Positions 34,575 through 44,689 of a stretch of DNA of 64,000 nucleotides are shown piece after piece; within the stretch, counting starts at the first letter, position 1, and each line of letters begins with the position of its first letter. Below the pieces are notes generated by a model. The model was not told the origin of the DNA, searched no databases, and saw only the letters and a program-made list of their open reading frames with translations. The position numbers were made by a program, and so were the translations under genes. Source of the stretch: a plasmid; sequence record CP132210.1; one strand, given 5' to 3'.

Positions 34575-35453
34575 ATGGCGAACAACTTCATCTCAGAACA
34601 ATTCTCGGCAATGTGCCGCGACCTGACGAGCCTCTCTTCCCTTCTTATCAAACGACTACCTCCACGGTACGCAAAAGTTGCGGCAATCCCTCCAACCAGA
34701 AAAGGAATGGAGAATGAGGCCATCAACAGGATTGTTGTCACAGAACAAACTGGCCGCGAAGCTCTTGAGCTGGCAGCGCACAGCTACAGGGATCTTCACA
34801 TTAACCCAGACTATTCGCAGAAGTCTGCCAGGCGCACCGTAGGGGTGCTCTGGTTCTCCCCTTCCAGGATTGGTGTTGCTGACGAAATTGCGGCGACGGT
34901 TGAACGCATAAATGCGGCCAAAGCTGGTATCGAGGAGTTCATTATCTCGACGTACCCCACCAGACAAGAGAGGTTTGAAGCACTCCGAGCGGAATGCCCT
35001 GGCGTCATGACTCTGCACCTTTACAGACAAATCAGGTGCTATGCCAATGGCGACATCGACTCTATCCGCTTCACTTGGCAACGGAAGGACTCATTGAAAA
35101 GGCCGGTAAAAGAGGAGCTTTTGCAACGCATCAGAGAGGAGCTGGAGCGATCAGGGCCAGACTATCAACTTCCCCTGGAGCAGCTTATCCAGAAGATAGC
35201 AAACACCCCGGAGCCTTATCTCCGGGAGCGAAGGGAGGTGAAGGTTCAGCCGGTGGCAAACATCATGGCCGCTGGCGAACTCAAAACTGTCACCGCGCCA
35301 ATGCCCCTAATCGTGCTCCAGGATAAGGATATTCAGCTCAAATTGCTTCGTAACTTCGACGCCTCAGAACAACGCAAAACGCGATCTGATAAAGCGGCAT
35401 CGGAAATCCTTGGCACCTTCGGTGGCATCACTATCGAATCCTTCCCCGGATGA
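34575..35453 (+). CDS. Tus-like replication-terminus (Ter) binding protein homologue, 292 aa
   Basis: Segments resemble E. coli Tus: KVQPVANIMAAGE...PMPLIVLQ versus KVQPIARVWYKGD...PTPLIALI, and GVLWFSPSRIG...INAAKAGIEEFI versus GVLCYQVDNL...INKLKTTFEHIV. Judged from memory alignment only. Confidence 0.45.
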   Translation: MANNFISEQFSAMCRDLTSLSSLLIKRLPPRYAKVAAIPPTRKGMENEAINRIVVTEQTGREALELAAHSYRDLHINPDYSQKSARRTVGVLWFSPSRIGVADEIAATVERINAAKAGIEEFIISTYPTRQERFEALRAECPGVMTLHLYRQIRCYANGDIDSIRFTWQRKDSLKRPVKEELLQRIREELERSGPDYQLPLEQLIQKIANTPEPYLRERREVKVQPVANIMAAGELKTVTAPMPLIVLQDKDIQLKLLRNFDASEQRKTRSDKAASEILGTFGGITIESFPG

Positions 35454-35490
35454 ACCTGCGTGACAACGTAACAAAGCCCTTCTCCAAGAG

Positions 35491-35527
35491 GGGTCGCTTC
35501 AGAATTCGGAAATTAAAGCACGTTAAG
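35491..35527. repeat. left 38-bp IR of the mini Tn3-family element (GGGGTCGCTTCAGAATTCGGAAATTAAAGCACGTTAAG; the first G is shared with the TSD)
   Basis: Direct reading. The right IR is split into an inner 17 bp (35740-35756) and an outer 22 bp (52577-52598). Confidence 0.65.
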
Positions 35528-35756
35528 AGATCCGATACCCAGCAACTGCGCGGCTTTGCGCAAGCTGCCAACCCCTAGAAACAGCATTTTCGTGGTTCTC
35601 GAAACTCGGCTGTTTCAGCCGTGCAATATGAGAGTGGTTTTCGAGAAAGCAACATGCCATACCAGCACTAGCGCGGATCTGATTCTCATTGAAGCCTCTC
35701 AAAAACGATCGTTTGCGAGAAGCTAGACCATGCCAGCGGCTTACCGTACGATTTTT

Positions 35757-36656
35757 AATGAGATGGTCACTCCCTCCTTCCCGGTACTATGCTGAGGACA
35801 GGCTTTCATTCGGAGAACTATCATGGAAAACATTGCGCTCATTGGTATCGATCTGGGTAAAAACTCTTTCCATATTCATTGCCAGGATCGTCGCGGGAAG
35901 GCTGTTTACCGTAAAAAATTTACCCGGCCAAAGTTGATCGAATTTTTGGCGACATGCCCCGCTACAACCATCGCAATGGAAGCCTGTGGCGGTTCTCACT
36001 TTATGGCACGCAAGTTGGAAGAGTTGGGGCATTCCCCAAAGCTGATATCACCACAATTTGTCCGCCCGTTCGTTAAAAGCAATAAAAACGACTTTGTCGA
36101 CGCCGAAGCTATTTGTGAAGCTGCATCGCGTCCGTCTATGCGTTTTGTGCAGCCCAGAACGGAATCTCAGCAGGCAATGCGGGCTCTGCATCGTGTCCGT
36201 GAATCCCTGGTTCAGGATAAGGTAAAAACAACCAATCAAATGCATGCTTTTCTGCTGGAATTTGGCATTAGCGTTCCCCGAGGAGCTGCCGTTATTAGCC
36301 GACTGAGTACCATTCTTGAGGACAATAGTTTGCCTCTTTACCTCAGCCAGTTATTGCTGAAATTACAACAGCATTATCACTATCTTGTTGAGCAGATTAA
36401 AGATTTGGAATCCCAGTTGAAACGAAAGTTGGACGAAGATGAGGTTGGACAGCGCTTGCTGAGCATTCCCTGCGTCGGAACACTGACAGCGAGTACTATT
36501 TCAACTGAGATTGGCGACGGGAAGCAGTACGCCAGCAGCCGTGACTTTGCGGCGGCAACAGGGCTTGTACCTCGGCAGTACAGCACGGGAGGTAGGACGA
36601 CATTGCTGGGAATTAGTAAGCGAGGTAATAAAAAGATCCGAACTTTGTTGGTTCAA
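35757..36656 (+). mobile_element. IS5075/IS4321-type IS110-family element, 5' 900 bp. The transposase is interrupted after ...KIRTLLVQ. The remainder lies at 52147-52576.
   Basis: Tnp MENIALIGIDLGKNSFHIHCQDRRGKAVYRKKF..., about 98% identical to the intact copy at 47637-48963. Inserted 17 bp into a 38-bp IR, as is typical for IS4321/IS5075. Confidence 0.8.
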
Positions 36657-37808
36657 TGGTAATCCCCCCATTTTTTGGAGCACTCAAAAGTAGAGGTCAT
36701 GCGGCCTGTGCCAAGCGCTGTTTCGGCGTGTAGCCGCCCAGCGCCATATTGGGCCGCTCATGGTTATAAACCCACAGCCAGTTCGTGGCAAATTCCTGTA
36801 ACTCATTCAGTGACTCAAACAGGTAATGGCCCAACCAGTCGTAACGCACAGTGCGGTTAAATCGCTCTATGTAGGCATTCTGCTGCGGGTTGCCTGGCTG
36901 GATATACCTCAGCGCAATCCTCTTCTGCTGCGCCCATTGCTTGAGCTCTTCGCTGATGTATTCCGGACCATTATCACAGCGGATAGCGGCTGGTTTGCCC
37001 CGCCACTCGATGACCTGCTCCAGCACCCGTTTGACTCGCGAGGCAGGCAAGGAAAAATCCACCTCGATGCACAGTGCTTCGCGATTGAAGTCATCGATCA
37101 CATTAAACAACCGCACCGAACGACCATCGCTGAGCTGGTCATGCATAAAGTCCATCGACCAACAGTGATTCGGTTGGTCAGGGACTGCCAACGGCTCCGG
37201 CTTGGCCCGCACTAGCCGCTTCTTGGGTTTTATCCGCAGATTGAGCTCTAGCGCCCGATAGATCCGGTAGACCCGCTTGTGGTTCCAGCCAAAGCCTTTG
37301 ACGTTACGCAGGTACAGGAAGCACAGTCCGAAACCCCAGTTGCGCTGGTTGGCGGTGAGGCGCAGCAGCCAGTCGGCAATCTCCTGGTTTTCATCAGCCA
37401 GCACGGGCTGATAACGGTAGCAACCCTCGCTCACCTTGAACACCTGGCAAGCCAGACGGATAGAAATGGCGTAATGAGCCACAGCCTTGGTCGCCATCTC
37501 CCTGCGGGCAGATGGCGTCACCACTTTTTTGCCATCGCCTCGGAGATGATCTCAGCCTTTAGGCGCTCCTCGGCATACATCTTCTTAAGGCGACGATTTT
37601 CCTCTTCCAGCTCTTTGAGGCGCGCCATGAGAGAGGCATCCATGCCACCGAATTTGGAGCGCCACTTGTAGAAGGTGGCGGAGCTGATGCCATGCTCACG
37701 GCAGAGCTCAGGGACGGGTGAACCAGACTCGGCCTGCTTGAGGATGGCGATGATCTGTGCATCGCTAAAGCGTGATGTTTTCATGTAGAACCTCCTGCGT
37801 TCAAGATA
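36657..37808 (-). mobile_element. IS3-family IS, main body (orfB 36697-37524, orfA 37518-37784, -1 frameshift arrangement). Its other terminus lies at 52095-52146.
   Basis: OrfA HTH MKTSRFSDAQIIAILKQAESG. OrfB has the DDE motif with ...[15 protein letters not shown]... Terminal IRs TGGTAATCCCCCCATTTTTTGGAGCACTCAAAAGTA and GGGTAATCCCCCCGAAAAACTGAGGTGCTCATAAGTA. Confidence 0.7.
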
Positions 37809-38072
37809 GGGGTCTGAGGTCCAACCATGCGAAAAACCACGTTAAGAAAGCAACCTTCTGAAAAGGCGACGTTTATCAGTTTTTTTTCCGGCCATAAAGG
37901 GGGCGGAAATTATTCCCTGCACGGGTATTCGCAAGGATTTCGGTAGTGCTCTGGCTCTGCCCCCCATAACCTGGCGGACAGAGCATGATTGGGAAAGCGG
38001 TACCCTCACGGCAGAAACGATTGACGCAGGCTATATTTCTATTATTCTGGAAATATAGATAAAGGAGGTATT

Positions 38073-38253
38073 ATGGATTTAAACACTGCTGCAAACGCAC
38101 TTCGAGAACTGGGCCACCCGACACGTCTCAGCATATACCGGGAGCTGGTCAGGGCGGGTCATGAAGGCCTGCCGGTTGGCGAACTGCAGAAGCACCTTGA
38201 GATTCCTGCCTCCACGCTCAGCCATCATCTTTCAGCGCTGATATCCGCTGGAC
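38073..38253 (+). pseudogene. arsR: ArsR/SmtB-family regulator, C-terminally truncated by IS26
   Basis: MDLNTAANALRELGHPTRLSIYRELVRAGHEGLPVGELQKHLEIPASTLSHHLSAL. Confidence 0.65.
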
Positions 38254-39073
38254 GGCACTGTTGCAAATAGTCGGTGGTGATAAACTTATCATCCCCTTTT
38301 GCTGATGGAGCTGCACATGAACCCATTCAAAGGCCGGCATTTTCAGCGTGACATCATTCTGTGGGCCGTACGCTGGTACTGCAAATACGGCATCAGTTAC
38401 CGTGAGCTGCAGGAGATGCTGGCTGAACGCGGAGTGAATGTCGATCACTCCACGATTTACCGCTGGGTTCAGCGTTATGCGCCTGAAATGGAAAAACGGC
38501 TGCGCTGGTACTGGCGTAACCCTTCCGATCTTTGCCCGTGGCACATGGATGAAACCTACGTGAAGGTCAATGGCCGCTGGGCGTATCTGTACCGGGCCGT
38601 CGACAGCCGGGGCCGCACTGTCGATTTTTATCTCTCCTCCCGTCGTAACAGCAAAGCTGCATACCGGTTTCTGGGTAAAATCCTCAACAACGTGAAGAAG
38701 TGGCAGATCCCGCGATTCATCAACACGGATAAAGCGCCCGCCTATGGTCGCGCGCTTGCTCTGCTCAAACGCGAAGGCCGGTGCCCGTCTGACGTTGAAC
38801 ACCGACAGATTAAGTACCGGAACAACGTGATTGAATGCGATCATGGCAAACTGAAACGGATAATCGGCGCCACGCTGGGATTTAAATCCATGAAGACGGC
38901 TTACGCCACCATCAAAGGTATTGAGGTGATGCGTGCACTACGCAAAGGCCAGGCCTCAGCATTTTATTATGGTGATCCCCTGGGCGAAATGCGCCTGGTA
39001 AGCAGAGTTTTTGAAATGTAAGGCCTTTGAATAAGACAAAAGGCTGCCTCATCGCTAACTTTGCAACAGTGCC
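38254..39073 (+). mobile_element. tnp26: IS26 copy 4. tnp26 at about 38317-39021.
   Basis: IRs at 38254-38267 and 39060-39073. No TSD. Confidence 0.95.
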
Positions 39074-39525
39074 TTTTTTCCTGCGGTGTACGACGCCGAC
39101 GCCGCTCAGGTCCTGATAACACTCCAACCATCTTATCGTTCTGACTGGTATTAAACATAGTTCCAAGACTACCTCTTATTTTAAGAGAGTCGAAGTGTCT
39201 GGTGATCTATGGGGCCAGTCTAGCCCTCTTCCAAGTGTAGGGAGATATAGTCAAAGTTTGCTTCTCCGCCGATGAGTCCGCCCTGCGTCGGATAGTCCGA
39301 TTTTTTACCGGCGAAGCACGGCTCTCCTAACCCTATCTAAAGCGAATAACTTTTTTCAACAGGGCCGCGTGCCAATGCAAGAGCGATAGGCGCTCTACGC
39401 GCCAATTTGACCACTTAAAACAGGTAAATTGAGGGGTTGTAATGTGTTGATGTAACAGGCTTTTATTTTAATGTCTTGGCATATGTATAATGGTAGTCTA
39501 GCCCTCCTTTCAACAAGGAGTACTC

Positions 39526-40182
39526 ATGGAAACCTACAATCATACATATCGGCACCACAACTTTTCACATAAAGACTTAAGTGATCTCACCTTCACCGCT
39601 TGCACATTCATTCGCAGCGACTTTCGACGTGCTAACTTGCGTGATACGACATTCGTCAACTGCAAGTTCATTGAACAGGGTGATATCGAAGGCTGCCACT
39701 TTGATGTCGCAGATCTTCGTGATGCAAGTTTCCAACAATGCCAACTTGCGATGGCAAACTTCAGTAATGCCAATTGCTACGGTATAGAGTTCCGTGCGTG
39801 TGATTTAAAAGGTGCCAACTTTTCCCGAACAAACTTTGCCCATCAAGTGAGTAATCGTATGTACTTTTGCTCAGCATTTATTTCTGGATGTAATCTTTCC
39901 TATGCCAATATGGAGAGGGTTTGTTTAGAAAAATGTGAGTTGTTTGAAAATCGCTGGATAGGAACGAACCTAGCGGGTGCATCACTGAAAGAGTCAGACT
40001 TAAGTCGAGGTGTTTTTTCCGAAGATGTCTGGGGGCAATTTAGCCTACAGGGTGCCAATTTATGCCACGCCGAACTCGACGGTTTAGATCCCCGCAAAGT
40101 CGATACATCAGGTATCAAAATTGCAGCCTGGCAGCAAGAACTGATTCTCGAAGCACTGGGTATTGTTGTTTATCCTGACTAA
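39526..40182 (+). CDS. qnrS1: pentapeptide-repeat quinolone-resistance protein QnrS1, 218 aa
   Basis: METYNHTYRHHNFSHKDLSDLTFTACTFIRSDFRRANLRDTTFVNCKFIEQGDIEGCHFDVADLRDASF... Confidence 0.9.
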   Translation: METYNHTYRHHNFSHKDLSDLTFTACTFIRSDFRRANLRDTTFVNCKFIEQGDIEGCHFDVADLRDASFQQCQLAMANFSNANCYGIEFRACDLKGANFSRTNFAHQVSNRMYFCSAFISGCNLSYANMERVCLEKCELFENRWIGTNLAGASLKESDLSRGVFSEDVWGQFSLQGANLCHAELDGLDPRKVDTSGIKIAAWQQELILEALGIVVYPD

Positions 40183-40500
40183 TTGCTTTGATGTGTGATT
40201 TTAAACGCTCAAATTTATAAAACGAATAATATTGTCAACCTTGCAATAATAGACATAGGGACAACCATGTATAAATTTTTACCCTCAGGCGTCTTCACAA
40301 TAGAGCCATATAGCAGTGGGTCACTTAGTGGGCTTAATTTTTCCATTAAAGATAATATTAATATTGCTCAGTATAAAACATCATATGGTAGCCCATCTTG
40401 GCAAGTAAACATAAGGCTGCCATTTATAAGGCACTGTTGCAAAAATGTGGAGGTGATAGGGGTACTACGCCGGAACCCCAGATTTTTCCGTCCGTTCAAA

Positions 40501-41115
40501 TTATCCACGGTTGAACAGCTTGATCCCGTCCGCCCGCAGTTGACCAACAGGGGAAATATGCCTGTACAAAGTTTGCCGGGTTATCCCAAGTTCCTGGCAT
40601 AGCGTACTGACCTTTGTTTCTGATTGTCCCATTGATGCCATTGCCAGTCGCAGTTTGACTGGCGTCATTTTATAAGGTCGGCCGCCGTTCCGCCCACGGG
40701 CTCTTGCTGATGCCAGACCTGCAGTCGTTCTTTCAGCAATCAGTTCGCGCTCAAACTCCGCCAGTGCGGCAAAGATACCGAAGACAAGCTTGCCAGCGGC
40801 CGTTGTTGTGTCGATAGTCGCCCCGTGACCGGTCAGCACTTTCAGACCGGTCCCCCTCGCGGTCAGGTCGTGCACTGTATTAATGAGATGACGAAGATCA
40901 CGACCGAGGCGGTCCAGCTTCCATACGACCAGCGTGTCTCCGGGTCGTAGTGCTTTCAGACAGGCTGTAAGTCCAGGACGCTCTTCTCGTTTGCCCGATG
41001 CCCGGTCCTCATAAAAATGTGCGGCATCAACACCTGCGGCGATCAGTGCATCACGTTGTAAATCATTCGTCTGCGAACCATCCGCTTTTGACATCCGAAT
41101 ATATCCGATGAACAT
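40501..41115 (-). CDS. tnpR: Tn3-family serine resolvase TnpR-like, 204 aa
   Basis: MFIGYIRMSKADGSQTNDLQRDALIAAGVDAAHFYEDRASGKREERPGL... C-terminal HTH QTLYRHI. Confidence 0.75.
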   Translation of the reverse strand: MFIGYIRMSKADGSQTNDLQRDALIAAGVDAAHFYEDRASGKREERPGLTACLKALRPGDTLVVWKLDRLGRDLRHLINTVHDLTARGTGLKVLTGHGATIDTTTAAGKLVFGIFAALAEFERELIAERTTAGLASARARGRNGGRPYKMTPVKLRLAMASMGQSETKVSTLCQELGITRQTLYRHISPVGQLRADGIKLFNRG

Positions 41116-41356
41116 ATTTCCTCTGTCACATATACGTTCGATTATGTGACATTCTGATTTGGGTACCATAATCTGTCAACGGTAGTCACATTACCCGTAA
41201 TTTAAATTATGACACGTAAAGGTTCTATGTTAATGATAATGTGACAAGCGCGTTTAAATAGGCAGAGAGCATGAAAAACCTCGGGGCAGCCATCGAATGA
41301 TGCCATCTACAGGGGTTAAAATAACCACCATCATTTCATAACAATACCTGCTGACT
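41116..41356. promoter_or_regulatory. probable res site of the Tn3-like remnant (repeated TGTCACAT / ATGTGACA subsite-like motifs)
   Basis: Several imperfect dyads of TGTCACA..TGTGACA upstream of the resolvase. Confidence 0.35.
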
Positions 41357-41947
41357 ATGAAGATCTACGTCATCAAAATAGCAGTTCATGGAGTCAGTCC
41401 GATGGTCTGGCGTCGGCTGAGAATTGCTGCCGACACGTCACTGGCCGCGCTTCACTTCATTTTCCAGATAGTGCAGGGCTGGGGGGACGACCATCTCCAT
41501 CAATTTCACATTTATGGCAAAGATTACGGTATCTCCTACGAAGGAGGCATCGGTTTTGTCGATAATCCGTTCCGGGTCGTGATTGATGATTTTGCTTTTG
41601 ATGCTGGCGATCGCTTTACCTATGAATACAATTTCTTTGAGCACTGGCTTCATGACATTCGTGTTGAGGCCATTTATGAAAACTCTACGCTGAAAGCGCC
41701 GTTTTGTATAAGCGGCCATGGTATGCCCGGAGCCACAGCTGCGGATGAGTTCGATAAAACCCTGGCGTTTCTTGAAGCTATCGTTAATGCGGATGATGAA
41801 ACAACGGTCGGCGAGATCCGCCCTTTTGCTGACGACCTGGATGCTGTCAGGTTCAACCGCCACAAAATCAACCGGCAACTGAGCAGGCTCGACCTTGCAT
41901 CTCCGGTACTGGAGCCTGAAGTTATCTGGCTGGGCCGTCGTCGCTGA
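41357..41947 (+). CDS. hypothetical protein, 196 aa
   Basis: An ORF of plausible composition with no motif recognised. Confidence 0.35.
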   Translation: MKIYVIKIAVHGVSPMVWRRLRIAADTSLAALHFIFQIVQGWGDDHLHQFHIYGKDYGISYEGGIGFVDNPFRVVIDDFAFDAGDRFTYEYNFFEHWLHDIRVEAIYENSTLKAPFCISGHGMPGATAADEFDKTLAFLEAIVNADDETTVGEIRPFADDLDAVRFNRHKINRQLSRLDLASPVLEPEVIWLGRRR

Positions 41948-42083
41948 CTGATGTCTATAAAGGTATACGTTTTCAGCATGCCTCTCAGATCCCCGAAAAA
42001 ATGTCTATAAACCTCCCTAAATCAGTGTTTATGGATTATTCTTTAAATCTCTATGATGTTTAAAGACCTTCCGGAGGTTTTGC

Positions 42084-42656
42084 GTGCAATATGCCTACAT
42101 CAGGGTAAGCTCGGCCGATCAGAATACGGCCCGTCAGGAAGAGGCATTGTCAAAGGCGGGTTTTCAGCCTGATAAAATTTGTGTTGAGCATGCCAGCGCG
42201 AAGGACACAAACCGCCCGGGGTTACAGGAACTCCTGGGGCAATTACGCCCTGGTGATACGCTTCTGGTTCATTCCATCGATCGCCTTTGCCGGAATATGT
42301 CGGATATGTGCGCTGTCACCACCCGGCTTCGTGACCAGGGCGTTACCCTTATTTTTCTGAAAGAGCAGCTGACGTTCAGCGCCGGCACAAACAATCCGAT
42401 GCAGGAACTGCAGCTGCACATGATGTCGGCATTCAGCCAGTTTGAACGAGCCTTACTGAAGGAAAGGCAGGCCGACGGCATCGCCGCGAAAAAAGCACGG
42501 GGTGAAAAAACAGGGCGCCCCGGCGCCGATATCAAAAAGATCCAGGAAATTGACGCACTCAGAAGCAGAGGGGTCAGGCTCAGGATCGCCTGCGACCATG
42601 CGGGCCTTGGCGTTTCCACATATTATAAGCTTCGTCACCAGATGAACAACCAGTAG
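42084..42656 (+). CDS. serine recombinase (resolvase/invertase family), 190 aa
   Basis: MQYAYIRVSSADQNTARQEEALSKAGFQPDKICVEHASAKDTNRPGLQELL... Catalytic Ser near the N-terminus. Confidence 0.7.
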   Translation: MQYAYIRVSSADQNTARQEEALSKAGFQPDKICVEHASAKDTNRPGLQELLGQLRPGDTLLVHSIDRLCRNMSDMCAVTTRLRDQGVTLIFLKEQLTFSAGTNNPMQELQLHMMSAFSQFERALLKERQADGIAAKKARGEKTGRPGADIKKIQEIDALRSRGVRLRIACDHAGLGVSTYYKLRHQMNNQ

Positions 42657-42689
42657 CCGGGAGATAGTCATCCACCACAGCAGGAGGCA

Positions 42690-44084
42690 ATGATGCAACT
42701 GACGCTCCAGATAGTCATCACCGATGAATCAGGCTCCAGTCGAACGGAGGAACTGATGACAATCCAGAAATCAGGGGAGACCCGGAACGACATCGGATTA
42801 TCGGTGTCAGAATCCAAGCTGTTGCTGAATACGGTCCAGCAGTCGGTGGTCCAGCTGCAGGCAGACGAATATACTCAACACCATATCCGGTGCCCTCACT
42901 GCCTTGCTGCGCGCAGAATCAAAGGCAAACAGAAAATACGGTACCGGACGCTGTTTGGCGTTATTCCGGTATCCGGGCTTCGGGTGTACCGGTGCCGTTG
43001 TGAAGAGAGTGATACAAAGACAGTCAGTTTGCTCAGCGACTGGGCCGGCGATTATTCTCACCCGGCACTGAAATATATTGAAACCCGCTGGGCCTCGATG
43101 ATCTCCTATGAAATGACGACTCGTCTGCTGAAAGATATTCTGCCGGTGGGCCACAGCCTGAATGCCTCAACGGTGAGGAATCATTTATGCCAGGTGGCGC
43201 AGCGTCTTGACGCTGAGGCTGAAGCTCATTCAGGTTTTCTTTCCGGCTGCCCCCGCGACTGGGGGAACCTGCCCAGGCCAGGAAAACCGCTTGTGGTGGG
43301 TATAGATGGTGGTTATGTTCGCGATCGGGATGACAAAAAGCGTAATTTTGAAATTATTGCCGGGAAGTCTTTTTCCGTTGGTGCGCCTGCTGACACCCGC
43401 CGCTTCGGTTTTGTTCAGAAGGATGACTGTCATCCGGAACGCAGGCTCATGACCCACCTTTCAGCGCAGGGAATGCAGGCCAACCAGCAGATATTTTTTC
43501 TGTCCGACGGCGCGGATAATCTCAGGGACCTCCAGTTCGGTATGTACCCTGAGTCAACGCATGTGCTGGACTGGTTTCATATCACCATGAGGCTGACGGT
43601 GCTCATGCAATATGCCCGGGGACTGCTGGTATCAGATCCAGAGGCGGGGAGTAAAGTTCTGGCACTGCTGGAAAGCATTAAACGATATCTCTGGCATGGC
43701 AATGTTGTCGCTGCGCTGGAACATATTGATAATTGCGTTATGTATTGCGATGACCCTGAACTCAGCTATCCTAGCCTGAAATCCCTGCAAAAACATCTGG
43801 ATGAAATGTATACCTACATCCGGAATAATAAGATGATGATCCCAAACTACGGCGAAATGCGTCGGTACGGAGAGCCGGTATCAACCGCGTTTGTGGAATC
43901 CACGATCAATGAAGTGATCGCCAGACGAATGGCCAAAAAGCAGCAGATGCAGTGGAGCAGAAAAGGGGCTCATTATTTGTTACAGACCCGGACCGCCGTT
44001 TTGAATAACGAACTGCAGGATAAATTTGTCTGCTGGTATCCGGGTTTTCAAAGTGACGGGAAGGGACCAGCGATGGCAGCATAG
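42690..44084 (+). CDS. ISKra4-family (ISKpn19-like) transposase, 464 aa. The IS ends were not mapped.
   Basis: A large single-ORF transposase with a zinc-finger-like CPHC...CRC region. This protein is commonly seen near qnrS1. Confidence 0.55.
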   Translation: MMQLTLQIVITDESGSSRTEELMTIQKSGETRNDIGLSVSESKLLLNTVQQSVVQLQADEYTQHHIRCPHCLAARRIKGKQKIRYRTLFGVIPVSGLRVYRCRCEESDTKTVSLLSDWAGDYSHPALKYIETRWASMISYEMTTRLLKDILPVGHSLNASTVRNHLCQVAQRLDAEAEAHSGFLSGCPRDWGNLPRPGKPLVVGIDGGYVRDRDDKKRNFEIIAGKSFSVGAPADTRRFGFVQKDDCHPERRLMTHLSAQGMQANQQIFFLSDGADNLRDLQFGMYPESTHVLDWFHITMRLTVLMQYARGLLVSDPEAGSKVLALLESIKRYLWHGNVVAALEHIDNCVMYCDDPELSYPSLKSLQKHLDEMYTYIRNNKMMIPNYGEMRRYGEPVSTAFVESTINEVIARRMAKKQQMQWSRKGAHYLLQTRTAVLNNELQDKFVCWYPGFQSDGKGPAMAA

Positions 44085-44178
44085 CTCACGCTGCCCCAAT
44101 ATTTTTTATGCTCTCCTAAAAGAACTTTCCGCTAAGCGATAGACTGTATGTAAACACAGTATTGCAAGGACGCGGAAC

Positions 44179-44600
44179 ATGCCTCATGTGGCGGCCAGGA
44201 CGGCCAGCCGGGATCGGGATACTGGTCGTTACCAGAGCCACCGACCCGAGCAAACCCTTCTCTATCAGATCGTTGACGAGTATTACCCGGCATTCGCTGC
44301 GCTTATGGCAGAGCAGGGAAAGGAATTGCCGGGCTATGTGCAACGGGAATTTGAAGAATTTCTCCAATGCGGGCGGCTGGAGCATGGCTTTCTACGGGTT
44401 CGCTGCGAGTCTTGCCACGCCGAGCACCTGGTCGCTTTCAGCTGTAAGCGTCGCGGTTTCTGCCCGAGCTGTGGGGCGCGGCGGATGGCCGAAAGTGCCG
44501 CCTTGCTGGTTGATGAAGTACTGCCTGAACAACCCATGCGTCAGTGGGTGTTGAGCTTCCCGTTTCAGCTGCGTTTCCTGTTTGGGGTCGTTTGCGGGAA
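44179..44600 (+). pseudogene. IS91-family (rolling-circle, HUH) transposase N-terminal fragment
   Basis: Zinc-binding N-terminal domain CESCHAEHLVAFSCKRRGFCPSCGARR. The reading frame degenerates before strB. Confidence 0.55.
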
Positions 44601-44689
44601 GGGGCGGAATCCTACGCTAAGGCTTTGGCCAGCGATATTCTCCGGTGAGATTGATGTGTTCCCAGGGGATAGGAGAAGTCGCTTGATAT

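Noticed and set aside
40195-40602. 135-aa ORF between qnrS1 and the resolvase
   Set aside because: It spans the putative 38-bp IR and the 3' end of the resolvase gene on the opposite strand and shows no coding signal.
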